From Takakia lepidozioides (lineage: Eukaryota > Plantae > Bryophyta), in NCBI GenBank assembly GCA_030704615.1, contig CM060733.1:15376001-15440000 (forward strand): DNA of 64,000 nucleotides, read 5' to 3'. Both the position numbers and the translations under genes were made by a program. Below are positions 1-14,900 of the stretch, in pieces. The notes under the pieces are model-generated. The model was not told the origin of the DNA and searched no databases. It saw only the letters and a program-made list of their open reading frames with translations. Numbering within the stretch: position 1 is the stretch's first letter; each line of letters starts with the position of its first letter.

Positions 1-1549
1 TGGATGTTTGATAACAACACATAAGTCGCGACATCTTGTTCATCCCACTTGAGAATAGATGTTGCAACACGTTCAACCATCTCCACATTGCCATGGATTC
101 TGCAGGCACCAAGCAAGGCCCTCCAAACCATAGCATTTGGTTTCATTGGCATTTTGTTAATGAGCTCCTCTGCCTCATCCAATTCCCTATATGTCCAAGA
201 AGGTCCACCATGCAGCCAAAGTGCTTTACTGTCGGAGAGACACCATGATCTTGACTCAGGGAATCAAAGTAGCGTCTTCCTTCATCCAGTAGGCCAGTGT
301 GGCTGCATATAGAGAGAACACATATAAAGGTGATATTGTCCAGCTTCAAGCCTTTTGTTTGCATTCCTTCAAATAGTTGCAGGGCTTCTCTATGAAACCA
401 TGTTGGGCATATCCTGCAATCATAGCATTCCAGGACGCCACATCTCGTTCGACCATATTGTTGAACACTCCCTTTGCATCCTCCATGCTCCCACATTTGG
501 CATACATGTCCACGAGGGCATTGTTCAGAGTGACATTTGGTACAATACCAGCTATGACGATGTCACCATGGACCTCTTTGTCCTTTTCCAAGGCTGGCAG
601 GCTTGCACATGCATTGCAAACACAAACAAACGTGATGTGGTTGGGCTTCACCTCTTCCTGCATCATTTGCTCATATGTCTGCAAAGCCTTAGTCTCGCGC
701 CCCTGCTGTGCATATCCTGTAATCATTGCATTCCACGACACCACCTCACGTTCAGCCATAGTGTCGAACACTCCATTTGAATCTTCAATGCTCCCACATT
801 TGGCATACATGTCAAGAGATGCCAAGCTTGCACATGCCTTGCAAACACAAACAAACATGATGCGGTCAGACTTCACCCCTTCCCACATCATCTGCTCAAA
901 GGTCTCCAAAGCCTCCATCCCGCGTCCTTGCATATCCTGCAATCATCATGTTCCATGACACCACATTTTGTTCAGCCATATTGTCGAACAACCCCTGTGC
1001 ATCTTCAATGCTCCCACATTTGGCATACATGTCCACCAGGGCAGTGTTCAGAATGACGTCTGGTACTATTCCAGTTTTGACGATATCACCATGGACCTCT
1101 TTGCCCTTTTCCAAGGCTTCCACGCTCGCACACGCAGTGCAAATGCAAACAAACGTGATATGGTTGGGCTTCACCCCTCCGCGCATCATTTGCGCGCATC
1201 ATAGGTCTCCAAAGCCTCCATCCCACAGTGCATATCCTGCGATCATCGCGTTCCATGACACCACATTTCGTTCAGCCATGTTGTCGAACACTCCCTCTGC
1301 ATCTTCAATACTCCCACATTTGGCATACATATCCAACAAGGCAGTGTTCAGAATGACATCTGGTACCATTCCAGATCTGACAATGTCACCATGGACCTCT
1401 TTGCCCTTTTCCAAGGCTGCCAGGCTCGCACACACATTGCAAACGCAAACAAACGTGATGTGGTTGGGCTTCACCTCTTCCTCCATCATTTGTTCATATG
1501 TCTCCAAAGCCTCGATACCACGCCCCTACTCTGCATATCCATATCCTGC
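1..1549 (-). pseudogene. PLS-class PPR (RNA editing factor) array running into the E domain; frameshifted and internally deleted; continues beyond the window start
   Basis: Repeats such as VKPNHITFVCVCNACASLAALEKGKEVHGDIV..VILNTALVDMYAKCGSIEDA..VFD.MAERNVVSWNAMIAGYA are spread over several frames (ORFs 143-496, 346-942, 896-1189, 1199-1507). S2/E-like HFGCMVDLLG is present. It is an inverted paralog of 62700-64000. Confidence 0.92.
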
Positions 1550-1958
1550 GATCAGTCTGATGAGAGGGCAAATCAGGCTGAAATAGATTGAACAAGAAGG
1601 TTCCCTCACCACATTGTCCTTGACTTTGTGTCATGACTGATGGAGGATTCAACCGACCATCAACCCAAAAGGACCTCTTGTATACGCTGTTTGTGTCCAT
1701 GGTGGGGTAATGTCCAATTGGTCTGCAAGAACCACCACGGTGCAGCTAAGCAGCCATAGATTGAAACACGACCTCCTAAGACCAAGTTGACCCTCCTAAG
1801 CACCTTGTAAACACCAAAGAAAAATACCAAATCGTGATACTAACAGGAAGAGCCAAACTTCTTCACCTCATACATTAAGAGAAAGCCACACCTTGCGATT
1901 ACGGTTGTCCCACCATTGTGAAGGATCTTTAAAGAACTCATGCCAACTCCACTCCGTG
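1550..1958 (-). pseudogene. OSB-type PDF motif exons upstream of the PPR array
   Basis: Minus strand reads STEWSWHEFFKDPSQWWDNRNRK then a GT donor (~1890-1958). The second half (..YKRSFWVDGRLNPPSV) is at ~1600-1725. Confidence 0.75.
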
Positions 1959-2813
1959 CTCCAAGGTAGACTTTTGTGCCCGAAAATTCGGCAGCATCAA
2001 CATTTTGACAAGTTCCTTTACGGAGGGGTGTTAGTGAGCTTTCAACAACATTCATGCTGGTCGCTTTGGGCTCCATTGGACTCTCCACAACGAGGACATA
2101 CGAACATGTCCAAATGTACACAGATGTTAAACCAGCTTATGTCTGCAGTGTGGAGATTTTGGAGTGGTCTCTGAAAACGAGCAGGAGCAACTGAGCAGCG
2201 CCAGTCTTTGGGGACACAATTTTTTGAAAGAGGGCATGATGTATACTTGGGATGCCATGTAACATGGGGAGGATGAAGGCATGCAGGGGGGATGGAGGGC
2301 GATGCCATGCATGAGGGCATGATGGGAGGAGGGATGGGGATGCGGGAAAGGGCACGTCTCATGTCCTGGCAGCGGGAACATGAGGCGCGGGAGGGCGTGC
2401 CGCACGACTGCTGCCGCGCAATGTGCAGGCATTGGAGGGGGTGTGGTCGTGGGGTGGGGGGGGTCCACGCTGGCGGAACCGGGCCCCTCGCATTCAACTC
2501 CAGGGCCCATCTAATGCTTGGCAATAACAAGGATACATTTTGGGTAAATTATTTACGTTCGCTTTGGTTTAGCCTCTAGATAAATATGGATAAATGATTT
2601 ACTCAACACAACACTTGAAGAAACATGGAATTGAATGAATGAAAAAGTAGGTATGAGCAAATCAAACTGACCAATCATCCCATCCAACTACAGCAGTAAA
2701 TCAGATAACAAAATTGGGAACTTCAACCGAAAGGTGAGATGAAGCCATTCCAGCCACATCAGCCCCATGCAAAATGGACATTCCTTGTAGTACCTTATGC
2801 AAAGCAACAAAAT

Positions 2814-3120
2814 CTATCGCCTATACAACCACAAGGACAGAAACATTGGGAATGACCTTGCTGTTCTCAGCCAGACAATGAGCACAAGTACAAAGAAAGT
2901 TGTCCAACAATGACGAAGACATCCAAAAATCTCCACGACCAACGCGTGGGTGACATCATAATGGCCTTGATAGTTTCGTTCCTTGGTGTGCGCAAAGATG
3001 ATGATCAACAAAGTAGGTCAGTACGCCAAGCCATCTCGAGAGAAAACGTGGACCGAGGCGAGATGGAAAAACATGAGTTTGCTCACGCAGCACATGCAAT
3101 CCAGCCTCCCCAGTAATAGG
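2814..3120 (-). mobile_element. 3' fragment of a CRE/R2-like RLE retrotransposon
   Basis: KERNY...LVVEIFGCL resembles the C-terminus of the element at 31100-31350 (KEHDY...LAVKVFGCLH). Confidence 0.45.
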
Positions 3121-5967
3121 CACATGCTTCTCTCCAGCAATGAATACTAATAATGTTCAATGGCCCCTTCCACCTATTTTTCAGGGCCACATGCTGCCCC
3201 CCCCCCACCTCACAGCCTGTTGTTAACCCTCCCCAGCTCCACCCTCATCACAGCTACTTACTACTAAGTATCGTCCCTGGCTATTTTAGATCTACCGAGA
3301 ATCATCCTCATTTCTCATGTGAAGTTTGTTGTCCAGGATGTCCCAAAAGCTTCATTTAGAAAGAGATGGTGGGTCCTGCTTTGGTCACATTGTCTTATGT
3401 AGCTTAGATTCCATTCCGACTGTGAAACTTTGCGCGGAACCTGGGAGGAAGTTTGGTGACAAAATGACCACCGCGCAGTTCAACAGCTTGTTCCAAAGAT
3501 ACTGGAATGGCATCAAAATGAGGAGGAGTCCTGTGTCCACATTCGGACACTTGTCTGTTAAGGGTTGCAATGAGGATTTACTCCAGCCGCCAACGCACTG
3601 GTGTACTCACAGTGTACGCCGCCAGGCTCAGCTGTCTTTGAAAAAGTCCTTCTACTTTACCTATGAGCGAGCCTTCATCCCGGAATCTAGCCCAAGTCTT
3701 ACACTGCTCCATAACAATTTGTGGGTCCCTAAAGGGCTCACCCTCTCCATGTCATTTTGAGACGCGAGAGAGTTGAGGCTGGCTCATTGCAGGAAGGAGC
3801 AAATCTGATGCATACACTTGTGAGCGTGAATGCCACATGGTATAATTAGAATACGCAAACATGCATCATTGCCAGAGCAACAAATCTCCATTCCTGCTAT
3901 CCTGACTTTCAGTTTTCAGTTTGGAGAAGTGGGTGATTTCATATTCAAACAACAACAGTCATTGCATGTTCAAGGAAATGGGCGACTGTCCCGCAATGGC
4001 TGCGGCTAACGTGCGATCTTGGTGGCGTTTAGGTAGTCTGCGCACAAGTTTTAAGGGCGGTTTTATAAACAAGAAAAGAAAGAGGGGTGTGTGGGCGGTG
4101 GGAAGTGAGGGCCCCACCAACAGCTAAGGAGCGAGATTTGACGGCGCACACCCGCATCCCCCAGTCTCTTCCTGGCCAACTTAGGTGGGACCTGGGGAAG
4201 GAGATCTCAATTCGATGATGTCCTGTGCTAAATTTCGTTGCAGCGAAGTGAGAATGACTCGAGATTGTTACCAAGGGGCTTGCAATTGTGCGTGGCCTTG
4301 TGTGGGGGATTCACGCGGTCAATGCTGTGTGCTGAAGCATCAGAAGTGGGAGTGTTGTGGCCACAATTCGCTTCAGTCATGTCTTGGTAATAAGCTCGTC
4401 ATGATAAGATAGAATGACGAGCTGTGTAGCATACAGCTTGACTTTCGCTTCCTTCCAGGGAGTCACTGTGTTTGTATGTGTCGTTTACTTGGGGCGGTAT
4501 ACGGGACGTGGGTGTTATCAGAAAATGGAATAGAAGTGCTCCTCTCCATAGCTATCGAGCTATTCCTTTCCTCTAGTGCTTAGCTCTCAACCATTTGGTT
4601 GTCCAGTACTTACAGAAAGCATCTGGTCTGCTAGCTGGTGCTAAGTCGCTCTGCATATTGAATTTTTCGCGGGAGAGAAAGAGATGTCTAGTGATTGTTG
4701 GAACTGGAGGAAGCGAACTCATCGAGCCGTGTACATTTTACCTAGTAGGAGTGGGGAGAGTCTGCACGTGAATAGAATATTGTTGCATACTGCAAGTGTA
4801 TCTCAATAAGAACGCGTGTGTTCAAACACATCTCAGGACACCTACGGGCTCTTGTTTTCGCTGTCATTTGTGGCACTACAGTGTGAGGGAGAAGTCTTTT
4901 GAATCTGGACTTCTTCACAGGCTGGTGTTCCCAAGAAGGAAATGAGTCGGGTAGAGCCACGTTATTCGAGATTAGATGAAGCAGTTGCATAGACAATAAT
5001 TCTGACTTTCCAATCAATGATCTAGTGCGGGCGTTCAAATTGCAAATGTAGCTCGTCTTGTACTCGATTAGCACGAGGTTGTCCTGATCATCTCAGCCAG
5101 GGATTCAGCAAAGCTGCACTCTGAGGAGCTTAAAAGACAATGGCACCTAGAGTAACCATTTTCAACAAGAAATTTCCAAAGATTCGGAATCGCCGTGGTG
5201 TGAGGTCTGTCTTAAATTCTCTCTCTCTCCTTTCGTACTGTGCTCACACTCCCCCCTCTCCAGCTCCTTTCTCTTATTTTGATTGTCGAATCGGTCTTTT
5301 GGATAAATCTCTTGTTCACTCTCGTACCCCTGACTCTTTCCGTCACTGTTTTTCTTTCGTGCTCCTTCTGTGAGCGAGACACGATGTTGACCAAGGGACC
5401 AATGTTCAGTGTTGCTCATTGTCACCTGCAACTTACGCCACGATAACCACATCTAGTTTGCGAGTACTGGCATCCTTTCCTGATTTTGGTGTTGTCAACT
5501 TGGATTTGGGTCCAGCTGGACAAGATCACAATCCAGCAATCATGTCGTATTTCCTAGATTGGTACGGGTTGACAAATTATCGCGTCCTCAACAACGTGTA
5601 CCCATGACCTTGCGGGGCTCTCAAACACTGACAAAATCATTTGCCTGGCCGAGTGATTCTTGGGTTCAGACTTCCAGCGTTTAGGATAACTCTTTGAAGT
5701 CCCAAAAGTTGTGAAATCTGTAGTGTTTCATTCAGAAATTGAAACTGCAACTTTAAGATGAGTCTCGGTCACAGTCGGTGTCAGGTGCCCCTCCTCTCTT
5801 CCACTACCTCAATACCCAGGCTATACTCTGCAGTTTCAAATGTCTTACCTCACAAAGGCCCCATTCTTCATTGCAAGTCGAATCTCTGGTCAGTCCAAAA
5901 TTGGCTCTAGGAAAAGCTGCCATAACTTTGCTGCTGTTATTTCTGATGATGCAGCCGCGAGGAGTCG

Positions 5968-8900
5968 ATGAGACGAGAGGAGGTGGGCCCTATGGAAGTG
6001 ACTGTGCCTGCACTATCTGACAATGATCAAGATTTGGACTCCTTTCAGACGATTGACCAGTCTGCCAAGGGGCGTTCACGCAGGTTGCTTATATCTCTCT
6101 TAAAATTATTACGTTTTCCTTCAAGTCCTGGTTCCATCAATAATTCTTTTTCTTGATGGGGTCACATAACATGCACCTCCACCAAAGCTCCCCTCCCTTC
6201 GCACCGACATGTCTTTCCAGTCTCCAGTCTTTTCCGCCTTCTCTCCAGTTCTGACTTTGTCTGTCTCACTGCTCTGGTTGCTAAGGGTGCTCATTTCAGC
6301 CACTGGTCAATGCACTCCAGTGGTTGAGGAAGGTAGCCAGGAAGAGGAGACTGCCCAGGTGAATCTCCTGCAGCCGAGGAAGATGACAACAAGCAACTTG
6401 GCGTTGGGCAGACTTGGAGGCTCATTGGAGTACAGAGTTTTTGAAGTTATTATGTGGCTAAAAAAACAGGCGAAGGGTAAACGCATCAATGCTGCACAGG
6501 TAATAACCCTTCTGTGCCCATTACTTCCTCAATAAGATATCATTTTGGAGGTTTTCATGTTGGATGATGCTGATGTACGTTTTCCATATAGAGAGGTAGT
6601 TGGCATCTGGAACAGAGTGAACTTGGTCTTTTCAGTCAACCCACGAATAGTGTTGTGAACTGATCAAGTTTAAGCTCAGGCTGTGTGGGCTCAGACATGT
6701 CTCACTCTAATTTGAAAGTGTTCATCAACTCTCCTCTTGGGGGTTAAATTCTCCTTCTCAAGGTTGGAGAAGTAAAGAGTCTAAAACTCTTCCTGAGATT
6801 GTGTGAAGCTGTGTTGGCTGGCATGTAGGATGTGTTGTCAACATATCATGACTCATATTTATATGGGGAAGTACCATTCACCACCAAAGTGCGAGCAGCA
6901 ATTCGCATTCGCCCCCTAAGTTCCATTTTATTATCGGTGAGGAGGGACTGCTTCTTATTCAAGTCAACCTTGTGTATATTGGCTTGGAAGTGATGCATTT
7001 AGGTTAATCTGTGTTTGTAGTGCAAAATAATCTCTTGTTTCAATTCTTAGTTCTCAAGACTTTTGCAGTATGGCTGTGTTTATTATTTGATTATAATACA
7101 GCCTGCCGTGTACCTGTCTGTTCATTCGCAGCTGGAGTTTCTGGCTGCCATAACATCAGTAGTTCTCTACGTCCTCTCTACGTAAGTTTCTTGTGCACAA
7201 AGTTACAGGGTCATTCAACTCCAAATTGATAGTATGTGTAAGGACATTCAAAGCTACCAGTGAATATTACTAAGCCAATGAATGGTATGTGGAACTGTGC
7301 ATTTTGGCTAACCAGATTGGCACATTTACCCTACTTTAAACAATGAAGATATTGCTAGCTCTCATGTTGTTATGAGTTCTGTTCTTGTTTGCTGGGAGAG
7401 GGTCTGAAGGGGTGCGCTCTGGCCATCTTTTAATCCTTCCAGCAGAGTTTGTCAGCTGCAATCTGATCTGTGGAGTTCTAGACTGTTTGTAACGTCCTTT
7501 GTTACTTTTAGAGCATGCAAGCATTGGTGAGAGCACCTTGCAGGTATACAGGTAACCTTGGATCGCGGTGGATGAGGATAGTGGAACTACTGGCTGGGTT
7601 CTTCTTTGTGGTTGACTACATCATGAAACTCTACAGGTGCCCAGCTCTTTTAAACCACTTGTATTGTCATGATACATTGCAAGAACAAGATGGGTTTTCT
7701 AGTCTGTGAGCAGTCTACTTTATTTACTCGGGTTAATGTACTCATGCAGTAAGTCTTGTGTTGTTTGTGCAGTGCCCCTGTTCGCCTTTATTACATATTC
7801 TCAACCACTGGACTAATTGATTTCATCAGCACACTCCCTATCATCCTGTATTGGAGGTAAACTGCCACAACCTATGGAAGGTCTTAAGAGGGGTTGATTA
7901 AACCTACTTGCAAACTGTGGCGGATGAGCCATGAGCACACACTTTTTGGCTGTCTACTTTTTCCACGTAACATTCATTTGTACTAAGAATAGGATATTGG
8001 CAATTGGAAATATAGTTTTGAAATACCTGCTAAGGTCATTTTCATTTCTTGGGGTTTTGGATACAGCCCTGGGAGCCATAATGGTGCTGAGATATTACTC
8101 TTCTTCCGTGTTTTAAGGTCAGTGTTTGTTACTTCCACTTCGGCATGGTGTTTTAGTTTGCAAGTCGACTGATTTGGTGTCTTGCAAGGTGTGCTTGGAT
8201 AGTTTTTTCTTTGAGAAGTTGCAGGAGGTTGAGATAATATACATGTAAATGGTTTATCTAAAAGCTCCCATGGATTTTCAAAATCTGTACACTAGAATTG
8301 ATTAGACTGAGAAACTGTTCTAGTGCCGAGAAATTTCAGCTGCAGAGGAAGGTTGCATCGACAATAGGACCAAGGGAACGATTTGAGTCCCTCATCGCAG
8401 TTTCTCTCCACCTTTTCCTAAAACAGCAAATATAAACTCTTGGCTCAAATACTTATGCCAAATGATCCATTATCTTTGAAAATGGTGACACAAGAAAGGT
8501 TGACTTCTGTCGAAGCAAGCATAACCTATGGTGTTACTTTATCCCAAACGGCTAGGTGGACACCTTTATGATGCCTGTACCGGGGACACTTGTTGGATGT
8601 TGCTGGAGAAACATACTATTTCAAATTGCTATCAGATTTCATGATGATGAATATTTCCTCCCATTGGACCTTTCTTTGTGTTTTGTGAATGATCTCTTCT
8701 GCTGCATACTGTATTTTCCTCTTGTAACAAGTCAGGTGAAATTGACAAGTGTATTGGTAATGTGCTTACATAGAGTCATGCCTGTGATTACCTCAGTGGG
8801 GGGCGTTACGGGAGGTACCATCAAGGAGCAAATATTCATTCTTGTCATGTACACTCTAGGAATGGGTGAGATCTTGTGTTCCTGTGAAGACTGTATCACT

Positions 8901-11900
8901 GTAGAGCCTTGACCTTGTTGTAACGGCAAAAGGTGGTATATGATGAGCACCTTTTGGTTTCTCTCCTCCCTTTTGTCCCATAAGCTCTTTGCTTTCCGCG
9001 GACGTTATAAAGTACCATTTCATTTCATCTCTCATCAATGTTTTTCTGTGCTTGCATGGCCTCATTTCTTGTCAGTAGAATTTTGTTCCCTCAAAGTGGA
9101 GAGTGAGGTTAGGAATATGTAGGAGTAACCAAGGACCTTATATTTTCATAGGCAGTATAATTCTTGAGAAAAGGAACTTCAAGTTCCCATATCAAACAAA
9201 GTTTCTGATAGTAACTATCATGGTGCTGCAGTCTTCATAGCGGCGGGGATCCTGCAGTGGGTTGAGGACGAGGCAACTCCAGCTAGTGTCAAAGAAGCAA
9301 ATAGCTGTGGGCCTCAGGGCTGTCTGACGTTTTATGATGCTATGTATTTTATGATTGTCACGGTGAGTGTTCTTTTTTGAGCCCTCAACATTGCTTCTCT
9401 TGGATCAGGAGGTCTAGAGATCACCTTACAGCAGTGGGTCACTGCCCAAATTGTTGTCTGTCTGCCTTGGGGAAGGTTGGACATGAAGAAATATGTGGTA
9501 TGGACACTAAATTGGAAAACTTCACCTTACCGGTGTTCTGCATCACACTTCCGGTGTTGTTCATATCTCCTAACTATTTCATGTCACAGGTGTCTACAGT
9601 GGGGTATGGAGACTTCACGCCCAAGTCCAAGTGGGGAAGATTTGTGGTGATTTGCTTAATCATGGGAGCAATAGTAATTTTACCTGGCCAGATCCAACGT
9701 ATCTTGCAGCTTGCCTCTCGCAGGTGTGTGTGGTCCTGACCATCTGGAGGCATTGGAGTTTCTCACAAATCTGAGTACTCCCAGTTCTAAGCTGTTTTTA
9801 AAATACCCTTTCTTGTCATGGTTGGGATGATTATGTCCCTTTACTAGGAGAAGATATTATGAGATGGATATGCAACCCAAGAAGGGGATGCTATTCCATT
9901 TGTTACACAAGTAGGGTAGTCCTTTGACCCCTGCTTTTTGCAGCCCTAGTCTCTTCTGTACACCGGTGGAAGACTGGAACCCAGCTGTAACTGTGCCCAG
10001 TGCTATTATTGAACGTTGCACTCAATCTGAAGGTTACACTTAGTTGATGTGGACAATCTGCAACCAGGCCATATGGAGGGAGGTTTGCAGTGAGGAAGGT
10101 GGCAGGTTCGCGGTTCATCGTAGTGAGTGGCAACCTATCATATGGGACTGTGCAAGACTTCCTATCAGAGTTCTATCATCCCTCTCACGAAAAAGGTTTG
10201 TGACACATTTTATATGGTTCTTATTGCAGAGGCACTCTGAGCTTAATTGCCTTCAAATCATTGTTTTGGATTGATGTGCAGTTTGAGGGTATGGCAGCTA
10301 ATCTGGATGTCTCAGATTGTCGGTTAGCAAAAGTTCAGCCATTCTCACAGAAAATATGTTAGGTCTAAACAGCTACAGTGGGGTTGATGCTACACAGATA
10401 TGCCTGCATCTCCTCTGCGTGTGGTGATCATGGCTCCTTTCAAGCCCTCGTGCGTGCTCTCTCCCCTATATCTTCCGTACTTGCTGTCAATGGATGTAAT
10501 AATTCCCTTCCACTGCCATTATCACAGCAAATCCTTGATGGCCTCTGAAAGCAAGAGCAAAGGTTCATGCTAAACCCGTCAACCTCTGGGCTGGCCCAGT
10601 CCCTCATTTTCTTCTTGGTCTTGTTGTGGTGTACAGTATTTGAGCTCATCCAGGTGAACTTCCCTTTGGACAGCTTTGGCACCTTTAGGCTTATGTGACT
10701 TAAGAGTTATATCAAGCAGAGTGTGCTGTAATGTACCATCCACAGTTATAATATGGATACTGGCTTGCATCTTATTTCTCCAGATTTGAGTTGAAGATGT
10801 TGTTAATGCACTACAAAGGGCGGGTTGAGTTCATAGAGGGCACTCCCGTGAAGGATTCAGACCTAGATCGTGTGAGTGCAGATGTTGCTTCTGCGTTCTA
10901 TTTATTGGCAGATCAGCAAGCCAAGGTAACGTGATATGGAGGTTCATTTGCCTAATCTTCCAGTCCTTGCTTTCTCTGGAATGATTTTTGCTTCTGCACT
11001 CTAAGGTATGTTGGTTAGGTCTATTCTTTCTATGGTCCTCACGTACGAGATGCCCCTCAAACCCACACCTCCCTCTTGAGTGACAATTCTGAATACAGCA
11101 ACCAAGATGATTGTGCACAACTCTTGGAAAATTGGCTAACAAAGCAGGGCACAGGATCCAGATGCCGAGGATGCTGCACAGATCGTGAGAGCACTTACTG
11201 TACATCGACACTGTGGGTCGCGGGTACGTGTCATTGTAGAGTTGTTGAAGCCTGAAAGGCAAGCAAGTGCAATTTGGGATGACACAAAGAATGAAATTGA
11301 GATGATCTGCCCCGATGTCATCCGCTTCAAGCTCCTGGCACGCAGGTCCACATACTTCCTCTCCTTTTCAGCTTCAAGTTTAGAACTGTGCACGTTACAT
11401 ATTACTGGGGTATGCATAGACCTGAGCAACGAGAATATCATTATCAACATTTTGTTTTACATTTTGGCTATGAGGAAACAATCCCATGTGATACAAACCC
11501 TCCAAAGAACCAGTTGTGAGGTTCACCAGGGCATCAAATCCAGCCCGGAATTACTAATTCTCCCCCACTGCCAACAATAGTCTGGTTTCAGGTTTGAGCT
11601 AGTGCTGATTTGAAGGCTGGCATTGACATCTTACTTTCTTGTACTGTTTCCAGCACTGGGTAAGTGGCAGAAGTGGCTCTTATTACAGTGACAGGTTAGT
11701 GAGTTTAGGCACTTTGGAAGAAGAGAGAGACTGAGGAAATCAGAATGACCAACCTACTTCTGAAAAGTTGTGTGGCACTCAGCAACCAAGAATATTGTTT
11801 GTGTGTGTAAGGCAGCTGTCACATCAAAGGGCTTTCAACATTTGTGGTCAATCTGTTTCGCTCGGGATTGACAGTCTCAAGATGCAAGCTAGGGAACTGG

Positions 11901-14900
11901 ATGGTCCAGTATTTGCATGGTCTTGGTCAAGAAGTTTTCCCCATTATCCTACCTCCTTGTTTCCACCTGGAAGGCCTACTATTTGAGCAGGTGAGCTTAT
12001 AGTACAAGCAATGGATTCTCATCCAGTTAAGATGTTCCGAGCTATGGATTTTGTCCAAAGACGGCCATGATAGAGATGGGTCAATCTTGAGTGTGCATTC
12101 TGTTGCCCAGATGACTGAGGCCTAGTTTTTGGGCAAATCACACACAGCAGATTGATGCTTGTGTGAAGGGATTTCTAGAGGATATCTGGAAAACCCGGAT
12201 TAATTCTTTATATGGAGGCAAGTCTTACTACCAACGTCAGCCCCTGACAGAGGTAGGTTCTGTCCCTTTTGTTCCCGCTCAAACTGGGCGCGGGGTCAAT
12301 GGCCACAAGGCTATGGCAAACAACGTCTTATGAGTACAATCTGTTGCCCAGATGACTGATTTTTGACAATGCTGGTTATGTTTTCTGTTGAAAGTTTAGT
12401 TGATCCATTTACACTAAAAAGAGAGAAGAGCTGAGGGTGGACCTTTGCTCCAGGCTGCAGAGTTGGTGTATTGCAGATTTGGCATCCTTCTGTTTGGTCT
12501 TGATATTGCAAGTGGTCATGAGGAGGAAACGTTGCGGGAAGTGCTGCTCTATCCAAGAGGACGTGCCATACAGGATACAGATGTTGGTTTGGCAATTGCC
12601 AAGGACCTGTATAATGCTGAACTGGTCTCCAAATTTGGCACTCATGCCACATGCCATGGCTTTAGACAGCTGTACTGCTCTCTTTGCCTTTACACTGGTC
12701 TCTTCGGCAAATTGTCAAAAGGATCTGAAGAGGAGAATTTGTTGAAACAAGTCAAAAGACAAAGTGGAGAAGACGACTTGGCAGGCGGTACTGACCACAT
12801 GATATCAATGACAAGCTCAGACGTTGAGTTGAGGCAGTCTAAGCAGGGCGTGGCTGAGGGACCAGGGAAACATGGAGGAGGGAACTTGCAAAACCACCAA
12901 ATTAGTCACATTGTCCAACACTCCTCTGTCCCTAACAACCAGAGTGGAAGTTCCAAACTTTGGGGATTTGCCGATACATCCCGGGAATCATTCAAGCGTG
13001 TTCTCTCCTTGGAGGAGGCAATTGAAATGGCGATGAGCTGGCCGCCTCTGCTAAAGCTTGACAAACCGGAACCCCCAATCCTGGAGAGGCGATCAAGGGA
13101 GATCCTTGAAAACTTGAAGGAACGCACCTTCAACGTTGTCGAACTCCATCTCCCCCACATTCTTTTGTGTATACAGGGTCAATGGCCCGTCAGTCTCTTC
13201 TATTTTGTGTTACATTTGCGGACTCCTTTCATGCCAAACCCTCCAATCGTCATCCTGCACCCGCATGAGCCCAGTGCGGTTGACTGGGGCTGTGTTGGCC
13301 TATTCGAGGATGTCCATTTTGTGAAAGGATCTCCAATTTATGAACTAGATTTGTTACGGGCTGGGGTAATGCAAGCAGGTGCGTTGCAACCTCGACATTG
13401 TACTTGTTTGAATTCTGTAGTAAGAGAAATATTTTTACTACTAAGATCCTGAAAGTGAGGGAATGTCCAGTTTAGAGTCAGTCGGATTATCCGATGGAAT
13501 TTCATGCTGCAACCGGCTGATTTTGGGGTTGTTGCAGCTTACACGATTACATGCTAAGAACTTGCAAACTTGTCCAAGTCCAAACCTCAACGTGTTTGTT
13601 GAAGCCAGAGTTCTCTGCTCCTTAACTGCTCTTTAGACCCTACAGGCTAAGGAAAGGCCAGGTCTCAAACTGCTGGAAAGGCTTCCTATATTGTACAAAA
13701 GTTTGCAGATCCAACTTAGTACATTTGTGGTTTGAAAGCAGATTAGGATAGGATTTTGTGACTTATCAACAGGAGCTTAAAGCTTCAGAGGATGTCAGTC
13801 CCGCACAGAGGTCGTCACAGCTCCTATGGGTTAGTTGTTCCGTAATAGGGGTGGCTCAGATAACAGGCACTCAATTTACAGTACCTCTTGTTTGAGTTGT
13901 CTTTAATTGCCCAAGTGAAGCCCAAATGTTAAACATGAACTTAAAAGGGAGATGCAGATTTATTTTGGCATTTATGGAGCCTAGAATTTCAACCTCTTCT
14001 TGAAAAGTTTTTGTGAGCTTAGGAGGTTCAATGTGTAGGTTACTGACGTGGCATTCTCCTGACAATGTTCAAGTGGCTTGGTGTACCGTGACAGAGAAGG
14101 TGGTGATATTGACACAAGGCATCCACATGGAGCAACCGTCACTTCAGATTGCAAATGATCAGGATCGACTAACACCTACATTGGCATTTACACTGGATGT
14201 GAATAATGTTATCATTGCAGCAACGGTACCAACCAACCTATACTTCTCAGCAGATATGCAACAGGCCTTGTATTGAGCATCGGATCAGAAGCACTTAACA
14301 AGCCTTTATGGAGGGCCTTTACAATACATGCTTCTGTCAGTTACAGGAGATTATGATGGAGCCTGTTTGGATGAAAGATGCTTTCTTCACACGAACATGT
14401 CTTTCTCTGTAAGGGCTGAGCTAATCACAGCCAATCAAGTTGGTCAACACGTCTTTATAGAAATTTGAGCTCAAATCCTGATAATACTCTGAAGAACATA
14501 GCTGTTGGGTGGGCATAACTGTGTGCATGATATACTGGTTCTAACATGGCAGGTGGAGAGGCTGCTGGTTCCATCAACACGCATTATAGTGGAATTGCAG
14601 CAAGTAACAGAGATCCAGTACCTGCGACCCAAGTTGAAGATCAATTTTCGCAGCTTTGACACTGAAATGTTCCGCCGCAATCGTGCAGGCACATTCCAGT
14701 TTGCACCCCCTTACATCGAGGGAAAAGGGTTCTCCCCGGAAGCTCTTGGAGTTCTCATGTGAGTTACTTTGCCTGTTGGGACCACTCATGATTGTCTATA
14801 TATGACTGTATGTAGTGTTAAACCTCCCGGAGCGCCACCAATTCCAAGTTGCAAAAGTAAGAACAAGGTAAGATGGGAAGAAAGACGGCCATATGATGCC

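Noticed and set aside
355-1586. Long plus-strand ORFs (and minus-strand ORFs at 62720-63501)
   Set aside because: They are antisense shadows of PPR repeats.
3326-3760. 144-aa plus-strand ORF upstream of the channel gene
   Set aside because: Non-ATG start and no recognisable motif.
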